DNA from: Tubulanus polymorphus | Taxonomy: Eukaryota; Animalia; Nemertea | DNA: 64,000 nucleotides | NCBI RefSeq assembly: GCF_964204645.1 | Contig: NC_134026.1 | Coordinates: forward strand, 24,648,150-24,712,149 | Direction: 5' to 3' | In this document: in pieces, positions 38,991 through 51,467 of the stretch | How the letters are laid out: the number at the start of each line of letters is the position of its first letter | Position numbering within the stretch: position 1 is the stretch's first letter | Translations under genes and position numbers: made by a program | Notes under the pieces: model-generated | Databases searched by the model: none | Seen by the model: only the letters and a program-made list of their open reading frames with translations | What the model was told of the DNA's origin: nothing

Positions 38991-41375
38991 ATGAATCCAA
39001 TCCTGGTGCAAGAAACAGTTCCCTTACCTTCATCGATGGATATCAATCAACAATTGCCACCTCTACAGCAACAGATGCCACAATGGTCACGTGTTGGTGC
39101 TCTCGACAAAGCAAGGTACCCGAAACCATTCCTCAAAGACCGCCTTCAGCCATTACCTCCAACAAATGATAACAGCAGTGTTAAAACGCGTGAAAACTCA
39201 GCTGATTCCAGTGAAAGATCCATAGAAATCAAAAAAGATCTGAATGCGTCGTCATCAAGGGTACAGCATTTAGAAAGAAGTATCCTATTCCTGAAGCAAC
39301 AACATTGTGACATATTATCTAGTCTTCACCAAGAAATAGACACTTTAAAAAAAGAGAATAAAGGTTGGTGAAATAAACACCGATTTCTCAATCAAAACCT
39401 ATGACAGTGTCTCGATTCTCATGATGACAATTTCCTCATTCTTTTTAGAATTACAGTTCCAGTTGGTGATGGTTCAAAAGTTATCCCCACCAGCATCTGC
39501 TAAGCAATCATCTCGACATAACAGCGCTAAAGGAAATGCTAAGGAACAGAAACGTAATTTTCAGATTATCTTTTGAATGAAATTTGTGTAAAAACACATG
39601 ATGTTCTTGCTGCTTTCATAATTACTTTATGATAATAGTCTCCTAATGCTTTTCATTAAAACCAATTTTATTTCACCTAGGATCTAGTGCTGTTAGAAGA
39701 CTACCTCCTGTAGAGAAAATTTCATCTGGTATGTTGGTCCTATCATGAATTGTCTTCCAAATTAAAACCAAACCATGAAATGATCAAATGCTTTGTCAAC
39801 ATGAAAGATTAAGTGTATTTTGATAATTTCGCAGCAGGTAGCAGTAAAAAGAATGTAGAAGTCCGTGCAGTGTATTTAGATGATGAGATCAAGCAATTGA
39901 AATTTCAACTGAAAGAGGCTCAAAATAAGAATGCCTACCTCAAACAATTACTAGACGAACAAAATAAGAATATAATGTGAGTATAGACCTACTGAAACAA
40001 TTAACACTTCATAAAGCTTCTACAATCTGTGCTAATAAATATTTCCTGTTATTTTGAAGTTGTATATGCGTTGTGTTTTTAGCAAGGAATCGATTGAAAG
40101 AAAGGCGATTGATGGGCCTGTTGGTGAATTCGGAGGGGCAGGTGCTGCATCTGCACCGGATGTCAGTCATATTGACTTAGAAGGAGAAGGTACGGAACAC
40201 ATGGATATCACGACTAATCCAATAACTATTAACAGCATGCACACTGGTTCGCGAAAACCAACTACTGCAGAATACGAAGCCATGATTCGATATTTGCATG
40301 GATTGAATCAAAGACAGAATAATGAGGTAAATCAACAATTCAGATCAATCTATTAATCACCTCTGAATAAGAAAGGATGGCTTGTAATTTACTACCAGTG
40401 TATTGTTCTATATTACAGTTAATGCAGTTAAAAACAGATTTAAAAGATGTTATATATTCACAAAAGTGGACACCAGATGCTTACCTTCTGGCTAAAGCTT
40501 ACATAGCTGAAGATGAAGACATAGAATTGGCAGAGAAGAATCATCTACCAAAGGTTCCAATGAAACATGCTACTCGCAAATTGTAAGTTGGGTATATCTG
40601 AAATAAAATGATGGTTAATTTCTTCTATCTATATTTCGTCTTTCTTCCTTTCTTCACTCTGTCTCGTGTATATCTTGTATTGAGGTATTTTTTTAATTGA
40701 ACCTTTTATTTACGGAAGCCATAAGGAGCTTCAAGTTGTTGCGTGCCAACTCAACAAGTGGCCATAATTATGTCGACATATTGCATCGAGGTGACGTAAA
40801 TATGTTGACATATCTATTGCATCAAGTTGACATAAATAAGTTGACATATCATGTTTTGATGACATATTTCGTTTTGTTGACCATTTTCCCCATGAAAAAC
40901 TGAAATGTTGAAATGTAAGATGAAGATGTCAGAAATATGAGGAATGAGTTTCAAGTTGTCATTTTCAACTTGTCGTGAGGAAAATGGTTGAAAAAACCAA
41001 ATATACTGTCAAAAAATCACGATATGTCGACATGACGCAATATATCGCGATATGTCTACAAAAATATGGAAAATTGTTGAGTTGGAACAGGACAAGTGAA
41101 GGCCCCTTATCACTTCCATATATTCATTAGTGTCTGGTGAACAGAAAATTTTCCTAAAGATACATTACTTTTATAGTACTTTGATCTTTTTTAATTCAAC
41201 TGATATGGATTGATAATATTTGATTGCTCTATTTTCTAGGCCCAATGTAGCTTACGCTCAACGTGATAACGCATCCCTCCCAGCTCTGAAACAGACATTG
41301 GGTAACAAGGCTGCAGAAAGGAGAAAACGCACTCAAATTCTACAGAAAGCAAGATTAAAGAAAGAAATCCTGTAG
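38991..41375 (+). CDS. CCDC74: Coiled-coil domain-containing protein 74-like (CCDC92-type coil plus CCDC74 C-terminal domain)
   Basis: Exons ~38991-39363, 39449-39553, 39681-39728, ~39836-39977, 40083-40326, 40419-40582, 41241-41375. Motifs RVQHLERSILFLKQQHCDILSSLHQEIDTLKKENKELQFQL and C-terminal SLPALKQTLGNKAAERRKRTQILQKARL. Confidence 0.8.
40711..41120. mobile_element. Degenerate fold-back MITE with long imperfect terminal inverted repeats in the last CCDC74 intron
   Basis: Left end tacggaagccataaggagcttcaagttgttgcgtgccaactcaacaag versus reverse complement of the right end tatggaagtgataaggggccttcacttgtcctgttccaactcaacaat. Both ends are TA, and internal GTYGACATA motifs are mirrored. Confidence 0.7.
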
Positions 41376-42571
41376 CTTTGTATGATGTCATGTCCATGGT
41401 TTGGTGATAACTCATATTTCACTGTCATTCCAACTACCAATTTTTGAGTGACTTATACCCATTCTATGAATGTTTCATTCCTGATCTTTATGTATAGAGG
41501 AAAATTGTTGTCATAGGTCACACATTTACACCCCATTCCATATTGAATGTATTTGTAAAGCTTGAGGATGCATTCCACGGTTTTTGTGCATCAAGGCAAG
41601 TTGTTAGACGGGCTTCAAGCATAATTTATTGTAAACTGGTTTTATCATAAATGGACCTAGTTGGCCTGTATTGTATGATACTTGTTGTTAGGGTGCTATG
41701 TTTGACTTGTTGATGTGGATTGTTAATTTAATCCGTCCATTAGATGATGCGAAAATTGTTCATGGAATCAATTTTCACAATTCATAAACTCTACTTCACT
41801 TAACCTCTTCAATATATCATAATGCATGCATCTCATGAGAACTTTATCCTCGATAAGAGCATTGGTGCAATATCTGTGTTCGGATCATCAGTTTTGATAA
41901 TCGAGCAATTAGTTATTAGACAATTAATGTAAAATTGTTACCCAGACTATTTGCTAAGATAGAAAAATACAATATGATTTTATGATATGAAACACTACCA
42001 GCTACAGGCTATTGTTACATAGTGATTATTTATTATTGTAGTCTTGAATACAATGAATGTAATTATCAAACAGTGAAGTGTTTTTATTTGGAAGAATTAT
42101 TTAATCATGCTGCTGTTGTATTTTGTTTAAATGGGAAATTCTATGTACTATTTATTTTTAGTAAATGTAAATCAAGTACAATATTGTACATATAATGTAA
42201 TCAAAACTTCTTTCCTTAGTAACTTCTCTAGGTGTATCAACAGGAAGGAGTGGTTGAAATACATGCATAGTCTCTTTTATTGCTCATATTTATGTCCTGG
42301 AGACATTCCTTATTCACCAAACACCAACTATGTCACAAGTCATCTTCAGCAGATTCCAGTTTATCCACTTTCTGATACGATTCCACGATGATTATGATAC
42401 GTTACAATAACATTATATAAGACTATACCATTTATTTACATCAAATATACAAATATTACAGAAGTGGGATTTGAATATAATTAACTCTCTAGTTCAATGG
42501 AGACTGTTAATGATTTACAGTAGTTTTAAGCAATAATTTCAATAGGAGTTGAATCCAATGTCCTAACACTG

Positions 42572-44821
42572 CTACTGAGTGTTAACCGTAGGAGTGGCTG
42601 ATAATTTACACAACCTAGCAAGTAAACCAGACATCTGCAGCAAAGTTTGTACACCTTCCGATATTCTCATGTGTGTGTAACCAATTTCCTAGAAATATTC
42701 GGAAACCAAGTAAATTTACACCCAGATAATTCAGAACAAAGTGTGAAAGCCTTTCATTATCACCGGTCAGCTCCTACCTTAATGAACTCTAGCTTTAGGA
42801 ATTCAGGCATGTTATACGTTTTACACACTCGAAATACAATAGTGATGATATCTTCAGCAGAATAACCGAGTTTCCACAGATGCGACATGATTTTATAAGC
42901 TTCATCTATTTCTCCTTCGACACAATGCTGTAACATATTCTTGATCAACATCGGATGTGGTTCATCGCAAACCTTAAAATCAAGAATGAAATAAGTATCA
43001 TTTACATATATAGTAGTGGGTACAGACACTTGGAGAGGTTTTTCAGATCATCATTTAATACAAAAACGAACCTTAAAAACATTCTCACTATTGACATGTC
43101 CGAAACCTTTGTAAGTAGATTGTAGGTTGTTAAGCGCCTGGAAATATATAGAGGATGTTTCTTCAACATCACGCTTTAGACAATTTTATAAGAGTTTAGT
43201 GAGCGGTCGCTCTACCTGTCTCATGTCCCCTTGAGATGTAAATATGATTGCTTCCATTCCATCATCTGCGAAACTAACATTTTCTCCCCGACAAACTTCT
43301 AGCAGCCGCGCTAACAGTTGAGCATCAGTTAATTTACTGTAACGTAAAACAGCACATCGAGACTGGATAGGTTCTAAAAAAATAAATATCTTGGTTATGT
43401 ACTACTGGAAAAGCGTAATAAGAAAAGATATTACATATCATCTTTGAAATATACAATTACCTATGATTTTGTCAGAAGCATTACAAGCCAGAGCAAACCT
43501 CGTAGTTTTTGAATAAATTTCCATAGTTCGACGAAGAGCTTGTTGAGCGCCATCTGTCATACTTTAAAATGATAAAACAATAGATTCATCTACTACTTGA
43601 ATATGTTAGATAAAACTGAAAAATTATACACAGAAACTTAGAACTAACCTATCGGCTTCATCTAAAATAATAATCTTGTGTCGTCCTTTCGGTAGTGTTA
43701 CTTTTGATTGGGCAAACATCTTAATTTTGTTTCTTACTACATCTATACCTCTAAAAAAAGGAAATTATGCTGCAATAAGTAGTGGAAGTTTAGGGTTAAA
43801 ATCTGTAGATCAACAATTACATACCTGTCATTTGAGGCATTAAGTTCTAAAACTGCATCTTTGTATGAAGCACCAAGTAATGCTCTGGCTAAGCAAAGAA
43901 TGCTTGTTGTTTTACCAGTACCAGGTGGTCCCTAAGAGTCAGAGTAACCAGGTGGTGAAGCATCAACTAATCAAGTTTGCAAAGAAATTATCCATTTATG
44001 AAATACCTACAGCAATGATTATATTTGGGACGTTCCCTTCTCTTGCAAACACTTCCAGTCTGCTAACAGTCTCTTCATTGCCAACAATATTTTTCAATTC
44101 TGTCGGTCTGTATTTTTCAACCCTGCATGAGAGGGACAAAACGTATCATGATAAATATCAAAGTAGCCTGCTATATCGGCTGATACAGCTCTGCTGTGTT
44201 TCGTTAACTTTATAATACTTTTTTCATCTCTAACGCCAGTTGCGGAACGGCCACAGGCACAGTTGATCTAATAATAGTCTTAATGGTATCAAATCCTTCA
44301 GAACGTAACTTAGTACCACCACGTTTCAGCTTGATCTGATAAAAACTAGTAGCAATTTGAAGTAAAAGTTGATCGACAGAGAAGTGTTTAATCATGCAAT
44401 AGGCGATCATTATAAAAACCAAAGGGGCTCGTATTTGACTAACTTCATTTCATTTCTTATTTGATGTTTGGGGGTGAACTGTAGCTTAGATCATCCAGTA
44501 TCCCTGGTACTATATATATATATATAAAAAGAATATTCTTTTTATATATATAGTACCAGGGATACAGGATTATCTAAGCTACAGTTCATCCCAAAACATC
44601 AAATACGAGTCCCTGTGATAAAAACAAAACAAAGGAAAAATCATAATGTGTATTTTAGGATTCGTAAATATTGGGATTCGAACCCAGCATGCCTGATATC
44701 ACTCTCACCAAGGCAATTCGTATCTACTTTTCTTCTTTCCATCGACCGTATCTCTTTTGTCAGCTGATTTAGATGATTCACCCTGATCTGTAGGTGTAAC
44801 TTCCATACTTTCAACATCCAT
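42572..44821 (-). CDS. RFC2: Replication factor C subunit 2 (40 kDa clamp-loader subunit)
   Basis: Exons give ..[146 protein letters not shown]. Confidence 0.97.
44423..44614. repeat. Near-perfect long palindrome (hairpin/fold-back element) in RFC2 intron 1
   Basis: tatttgatgtttgggggtgaactgtagcttagatcatccagtatccctggtac(ta)n-aaaaagaatattcttttt-(at)n-gtaccagggatacaggattatctaagctacagttcatcccaaaacatcaaata. The arms are ~70 bp with no spacer, centred near 44534. Confidence 0.92.
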
Positions 44822-45638
44822 CGTAGACGGAAAAACCTTTCGAATTGAGATTTAGTGTTTTTTTAACGCGAAAGAACTATACTTCCCGGACAGCCAAGCT
44901 AGGGGTTAGATGCAATAACGCTGGGTTGTTTTACTGTTGAAATCGCCGTGAGGTTCGAATGCACTATTGGCGGAATTTTTCCTCCTAACTTCACGACAAC
45001 AAAAACAAAGCAATCACCTCAATATGGATAAAATAATTTGGCTAAACTTTATTAAGATACAATAGATTACATGCGTTTATAAATTGTTTCATGTCATGAT
45101 CATGAACTATATTACAGTACACACACTCTTACAGTACACATAGGTCACCAGTTTTTAATTAAAAGCGAATCATGCAACAATCTATCTTTATTTAGTAACT
45201 AGTATTTTGTACAATAAGATCACAGTGTCTTGTCAATATTGCTTACAAGTAATTGTTTGCGTATTAAGTAATCATTACATAACAAAAGAATTACTGAATG
45301 TCTTTTTTTATCAGCAAAATACTGTAAAACTTGTATAAGACGGAAATGGTGGGACCAGCAAAACATGTTCAACTTTATAAAAATTCTGAATAAGAGTAAG
45401 TCAGACTCAGAGACATTCACTGAAAAAATTTTACATAGATAGCATATGTAATCTAAAATCTAAATTGGATTAACTTCGACTGAAGGATGTCTTAGCTCCC
45501 ATATAGGATTGCATTCCAACCAGAAAACTAATGAGCCAGGCAATTATGGGACCCAGGAAAATTCAGGGCCTATAAATTCCTTTAGACTAGTCCAACTTAT
45601 GCAAATTTTACTGTAAAGTATTAATTTTCTTCTTTAGT

Positions 45639-48600
45639 CTATGAAGTCCTTGTTTGTTCACAAATGTGACTGAATTTTCTGAAAATAGAAATGGATGAGA
45701 TATTCTATTTGAACGGAGCATTATGACTGTTATGAAGCCATAATTTTTTCAACAACACTTACTGTGCATGTGGAGGTCTATTCTTCTGAGTACGACAATT
45801 CCGTCCCCAGTAACAATCTGGTCGTGAAGTGACAGCATCAGGCAATTCAGAACGGGCTATATCCCTTCTGTACTGATATGCTAACTCTTTATAGTTCCTC
45901 AGACCGCAGGAGTAACACATGTATATATCTGGATTGCCTCGAATTCGTGCTCCATCTGTAACAAGAAATAAGCATTGTGGAGATACATGTATATCATTTT
46001 CTAGCCTACACCCGTTTCTATTCAAATCAACGAACTCTATGGTAAGAAGGTTTCAAACAAATATAACTCACCAGGACATGTATAGGCACCCGCATGTAAC
46101 TTGTCAACACACTCACGTTGTAATTGTCTCACAGATATATTCTTTTCAACTAAATAATCCTACAAGACACATTGATATTTCTCAAGACACATTGATTTTT
46201 CTCATGTGCTACCGGTACTATGTTTATGTAGGATATTTCACGGCTCTTTTTTTATTCAAAACCAAACAACAATAATGGTATACCTTAAATACATTTGATT
46301 CATGGAGATTATCTAAGATTATGTTGGTAAGACATTTTCGTCCCAAAGTAATCACTGCAAGAGAAGATTTGACACAATAATCCAATAAATAATTCTTCAC
46401 CAATATGTTATTGAATTGTGCTTAATTGAAACCCACCGCTAAACTTGGCTATGCAGCCTAAACAATCACTTTTCTGACAGCCCCAATATGCATGGCAGAA
46501 AGCGCGAAAACATATTGCACCTGTTGAAATAAAGAACATAGTAGATACGTACATATGAAATAACAAAAATTTATAACTTTCAATCATAAGAATAATATGG
46601 AACTCACAATTTTGTGCAGGTATAGATTGTTCGTGACGTCGGTCTGGCATTGGTAAAAGACAACATGTACACAATATATGGTTCTGATTCAAATTACAAA
46701 CATAGTTTGGTATAGTTGGCATAATCTTCTGGTCATCTGGATGAACTCTACTAGTAGTGCCAGTGCTAGTACCTAACAAGAAATAATATCGTTATAGAAA
46801 GAGACACTGGAACACAGTCTTTTGAAACTGAGTATGAGCTCACTTGGTTCAGCCGAGTTTCCCTGAGATTCTGAAGTTTCTGTAGATGCAATATTTACAG
46901 GCGTTGATGAAGGAACATTATTTTCTGAACTACTTGATGTTGTTGAATCTGCAGATACCGGTACTTGTTGAGCACCTGAACCTGTTGGATCTGGTGGGCA
47001 TTGCCTGCAAAGTGTTCTTGGTGGTCTGAAAAATTACGCAAGCGACTAAATAATTCTTTACCATATGCATGTACATTTTCCGGAGTATGCATGTGCAAAA
47101 ACACTAAGAGTAAGAAATAATTTATTCTACCTAATTGTAGCATATGGAGTCGTCAGCCCATGTCCTAGGCTAACCAAAGCAGGATTGAAGTTTACAATTC
47201 TGTAAGTAAGCACAATTACAGCTGATACAACCCAAACTAAATTCTTTGATTTGATAACTGTTAATGTGAGCATCTAGTTAATCTATCAGTGAATGACAGC
47301 ATGACACAAATGAATAGAATTTGGAACAATACTGAAGTGCTCTGATCAAATTTTGGGCTAACCCTGGGTTATATCTTGGTCTGTAATGAAATCTTGGGGT
47401 AACACTGAATCTCTCATCTTCAGAACTGCTACTTCCCTCTGAAGAATGTCGCACCAGGGTCTTCTTAGAATAAAGCTGGAATAAGGTGGGTGAAATGAAA
47501 GCTGAGTAACAAATATAAATCAGACCCAAATGAATCATCCTCTTCTTCAGCATCATTATCATAATCTGAGTCATCAGAGTGTCCACGATTTTTAGGGTAC
47601 AACTGAAAGAAGCCAAAACCAATACTGGTCATACTTGACATTCTTCACAATACATCAATCACATGAAGTGGACGTTTCAATCAACGATTTTATGGAATTT
47701 AAACATGTATTTAGACATGAAATACATGTATATCAGATTCTCAATCAAAATTCTAACCATATCTCTTGTTATCCGATTACGAGAATCCAAATCTTTCATA
47801 TCCTCTTCGGATCGTTTCTTATCTAAAGGAGATTAATCTTTATTAGAAGCATCTTTAAAATATTAATCAAACGGACTATTTCTAGAGTGTTTTCAATAAT
47901 CTACCTGGATGAGATTTCAGATATGATTCCACACAATTGTTCACTATGTGATTTTTATTAATGCGATCTACTTTCACTCTACACTGGAAATAAAAACATC
48001 ATAAATCATACAGTTTGAAAACACGTCGACAACAATCATCTGAAGTAGCTTGTCTTCTTACTGTTGGACATTCATTTGAAGTTTTCATCCAGTCCGAGTA
48101 ACAACCGGAACAGAATGAATGCATACAAGGCTGTAAACTGAAATGAAAAAAGTCAAAAAATTGTGTCATTCTCAACCCATGAATTGCAATATGAGATGAA
48201 AAAGAATATTCCCATATCATACAAACCTGATGCAATCATATAAGATTTCTTGGCATATGATACAAGTCAGTGATTGTAACATATCATCATCATCTTCAGC
48301 CATTGCACTAGTTCCCGGTTTACTGCTTGCTTCTTTAGAGCTTGCAGCATGCTCACTATCAACTTCTGTTGCTTGACTGTCAGGTTCATCATCCGCCTTA
48401 GGTTTCTTTGAGGGTGTTTCACTGACATCTTCCTACAATAGAATATGTGCGAATATCTACAATACCGAGGCAAATTCCAGCGATTTACGATAAAACAATA
48501 TTGTCATTCTATTCATACACACCTCTCTCTTACGTTTAGCACTCTCATGGTCATCTAAATCATCAATTGAATCTTTAAACAAATAACATATTCACTTTTT

Positions 48601-49593
48601 CATCTTAGTTATTTCGATGAATACCGGTAGATTGGAATAATGCCGAAATGCAGATTACGACTTACCTAATAATGTTTGATCACATTCATATTCCTGTGTA
48701 AAACTTTCAGTTAAATGCTCATTTTCTAACTCGGCTTTTACTTGGAATAAATAACCTATATCTGTAAAACATGGTAAAGTTAAGTTGTTTTTAAGAGCAT
48801 TACTTCTTCCACTGCCTTAAATTCCTTGCCTTCATCAAGTACGTGGAAGATTCTGAGAACTTTTGTCATTTGGTCGGTGTTAAACACTGACTTACGTCCA
48901 GGCCCAATAGCATGATTTCACTGGGATTCAAACCCACCATCTCTTGGTTGTGAATAACACCTTATCAACCAAGTCACAAAGATAGGATGAAGACCCCAAA
49001 CAAAGATAACTTTTCAAATCAGAACTTACTTAGATCTTCTTGGTCTTTCTTGTATACAACATGTATTTCATCTCCATGTTTCAACTCGTGGCGCTGTCAT
49101 TTGATAAGAATGCAATGAGATCTGTTTAAACTTAAGAAGATATTTTACCTATCTCTTTCAAATTATGTCCAAGTAAAAATCTTACCTTGCCCTTTGTTAC
49201 CCTGGTCTTTAAATTCAGCAAGGTTCCATTTGTACTGAAGAAGATTTAAAGTGGCAAGGAATTTTGCTTCAAGCATCTCAAGAAATCACAACGCAATGAA
49301 GCCTACCTTGTGTCTACAATCAAATACTTATCATCGCTAGCTTCGATGTAACAATGTTTACTGGAAACAAGCTTGTTTGAACCAAGACACAAATCACAAC
49401 CTTCAATAACAGAGAAAAGATACAGATCACCCTTAATGGCATATGCCTACAATAAGTGGATTTGGAATATTTTATGTATAGCCCTATTACCTGCAGCTCT
49501 TCCTATGGTGAACTTGTTTTCCTTAATTAGAACAGGTTCAGAGTCCAAATCTGTTGTACTCACAAGTTGTGCCCAATGTTCTTCCGAAGCCAT
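45639..49593 (-). CDS. CHFR: E3 ubiquitin-protein ligase CHFR (FHA, RING, Cys-rich, PBZ domains)
   Basis: FHA: MASEEHWAQLV..FTIGRAA..CDLCLGSNKLVSSKHCYI..DTSTNGT. RING: CIICQEILYDCISLQPCMHSFCSGCYSDW..CPTC. Cys-rich: HILCTCCLLPMPDRR..CFRAFCHAYWGC. PBZ: RPDCYWGRNCRTQ..HAQKFSHICEQTRTS*. Confidence 0.95.
48919..48977 (-). mobile_element. Degenerate tRNA-derived SINE head in a CHFR intron
   Basis: The minus strand reads gtgacttggttgataaggtgttattcacaaccaagagatggtgggtttgaatcccagtg, with A-box-like and B-box-like (GGTTyGAATCCC) motifs at tRNA spacing but no intact acceptor stem. Confidence 0.45.
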
Positions 49594-49762
49594 TTCTTTT
49601 TTCGTCAGATATTTTCTATTTCAAGTTAATATTCTTGCTTATTCATCATTAGGCTTAGTCCTTTGAATTGAATTAGATGGAATAAATAGAAGCAATATAT
49701 TGCAACAATCATCTTATCAATCAGACTTTAAACTTAAACGTAAGGCTTAGCCCTTGTCTGCT

Positions 49763-49846
49763 TACCAACCAGCAGGCAATGTATGGGTTCCCTACCAACC
49801 AGGCAATGCATGGGTTCCCTACCAACCAGGCAATGTATGGGTTCCC
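49763..49846. repeat. 27-bp minisatellite, three copies (TACCAACCAGGCAATGTATGGGTTCCC)
   Basis: Direct tandem copies at ~49763 (with a 3-nt insertion), 49793 and 49820, upstream of the CHFR start codon. Confidence 0.9.
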
Positions 49847-49930
49847 CACATTTAGGAATGACGGCTGATACCAGACTACGCCCTAGCACGAGTGAGCTGG
49901 AGGAGAGCTAGACTTTAACTTATGGGTCTA

Positions 49931-50043
49931 ACTGCAGTTTGGGTCACCTATCCACTGGGTGGCGCTAGTAGGCCTATTAATAAAGAATAGTGTTAGGTAC
50001 AAGGTTAGGTACATAACCATATTAGGGACACCTAAACTGCAGT
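49931..50043. repeat. Small inverted-repeat (MITE-like) element
   Basis: actgcagtttgggtcaccta ... tagggacacctaaactgcagt (about 20-bp imperfect inverted termini), with an internal gttaggtaca duplication. Confidence 0.5.
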
Positions 50044-50569
50044 CATACAAATTTATGATATTAATTAGTTATCTTTATCATCGTTATTAGCAGATTATTC
50101 TAATGTAGTAATTAGCCAATTCTCCCATCAAATAAGGAGAATCCGTACATCGTCTGCCTGCTGGTATTCAAACACTCACTGACAAACTGATAATTACTTT
50201 ATAAATATAAGGACAGTTTGATATATATCAAATTATAACGTTAATTTATTAGTTCTTCATCGTCGTTATCTCTACGGCTCCTTAAATGATTGACAATATG
50301 ATGATTTATCAGATAAACCGATAAACCATAGAACTACAGGTCAAATTTTAACATTTTTAAAAATTTTTGACAGCAATGTTTTCTGATGGAGCACCCTCTA
50401 GCGGTGATGATTCAATTAAATTAGATTTTATTGCGGATACAATGGTATTTGGGCCTGTCCGTGATGACGACAACAAAATAAAGCAAATAGCCAAAGCTGG
50501 TTACAATATATAAGGGATTCAACAACTAGATAAGGAAAAAAGAAAGTAAAAATAACACTGGGTAGAGTT

Positions 50570-50910
50570 TTTACTTTTACCTTACCGGTTTATTTGATTC
50601 CTATAATAATTAAATTAGCTGTGGCATGTGTGCACGCTAATGTCGCCGGTAGGTGGCGATTCATCGATACGCACTGTTGACGCTACGCCGCGCGCGTGTG
50701 TTGTGTAGTGTGTAATTAGTGTGTAGTACGAGTGCGCTGATTGACCGGAGCGGTCATTCATGCGTCTGTCTGGTTTACGCACGTAGAATTCATTTCAATG
50801 TGTTGTGTGACGGGAAGACGGATTAATCGTTGTAATTTCTTCTGTAGCCTACATTTTGAGTTGAAGAAAGCATCCAGTTGAAAAATACACACGACTTCGA
50901 CAAAAGGTGA
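50570..50910. promoter_or_regulatory. Divergent promoter region for CHFR and FANK1
   Basis: CpG-rich patch (cgccgcgcgcgtg) between oppositely oriented genes, with UTR-type splice donors on both strands (~50584 minus, ~50907 plus). Confidence 0.45.
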
Positions 50911-51467
50911 TTGCTATAATAATAATAATCAATTAATTGAAAGACCTTTTATTTTTTTCTGGGATCGTTGTTTGGGGATCTGATATATTTTACTATTTTT
51001 TTAATACCAATACTATGTCCCTGTGTCGTGAAACTGTGTAGTCTATCATTAGTGAATAACAATAAGAATGAACCATCGTTATGATCCTGAAAGATTGCTA
51101 AAAAGAGTATGTTTAGTCAGTGTCACAGAATTACATATCTTCTTCGAATGGAATAATCCAGGTTTTTTAAGTGAGGCGCCTTGCTGTGATTTCATTTTCA
51201 CCCTGATATCCCCCCGCCCTTGTCCACTTGGTCCCTATAGCATCGACATTGGCTAATTGAAAATAATTTATTAGGCCTAATTCAATTGAGTTATAGTATT
51301 CTTACTTTGGTGAATGCATGATAGTAGAGTAGAGGTTGCCTGCCATTATCATGGAGGTAAGCTATTTGTTTCTATTTGTATGACTTGGCATTGGAGCCTG
51401 AAATTTAGATTTTTTACTTCAGTCAAATACCAATTAGAATCGAACAGTTTAAAGCACAGCTAAGTCC

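Noticed and set aside
44672-44965. B-box-like motifs (GGTTCGAATCCC on the minus strand at ~44673; GGTTCGAAT at ~44952) suggesting tRNA genes
   Set aside because: No cloverleaf or acceptor stem can be built; at most SINE remnants or isolated TFIIIC sites.
49763-49846. Three 27-bp repeats that could suggest a CRISPR array
   Set aside because: The copies are directly adjacent with no unique spacers, the context is eukaryotic and there are no cas genes; it is a minisatellite.
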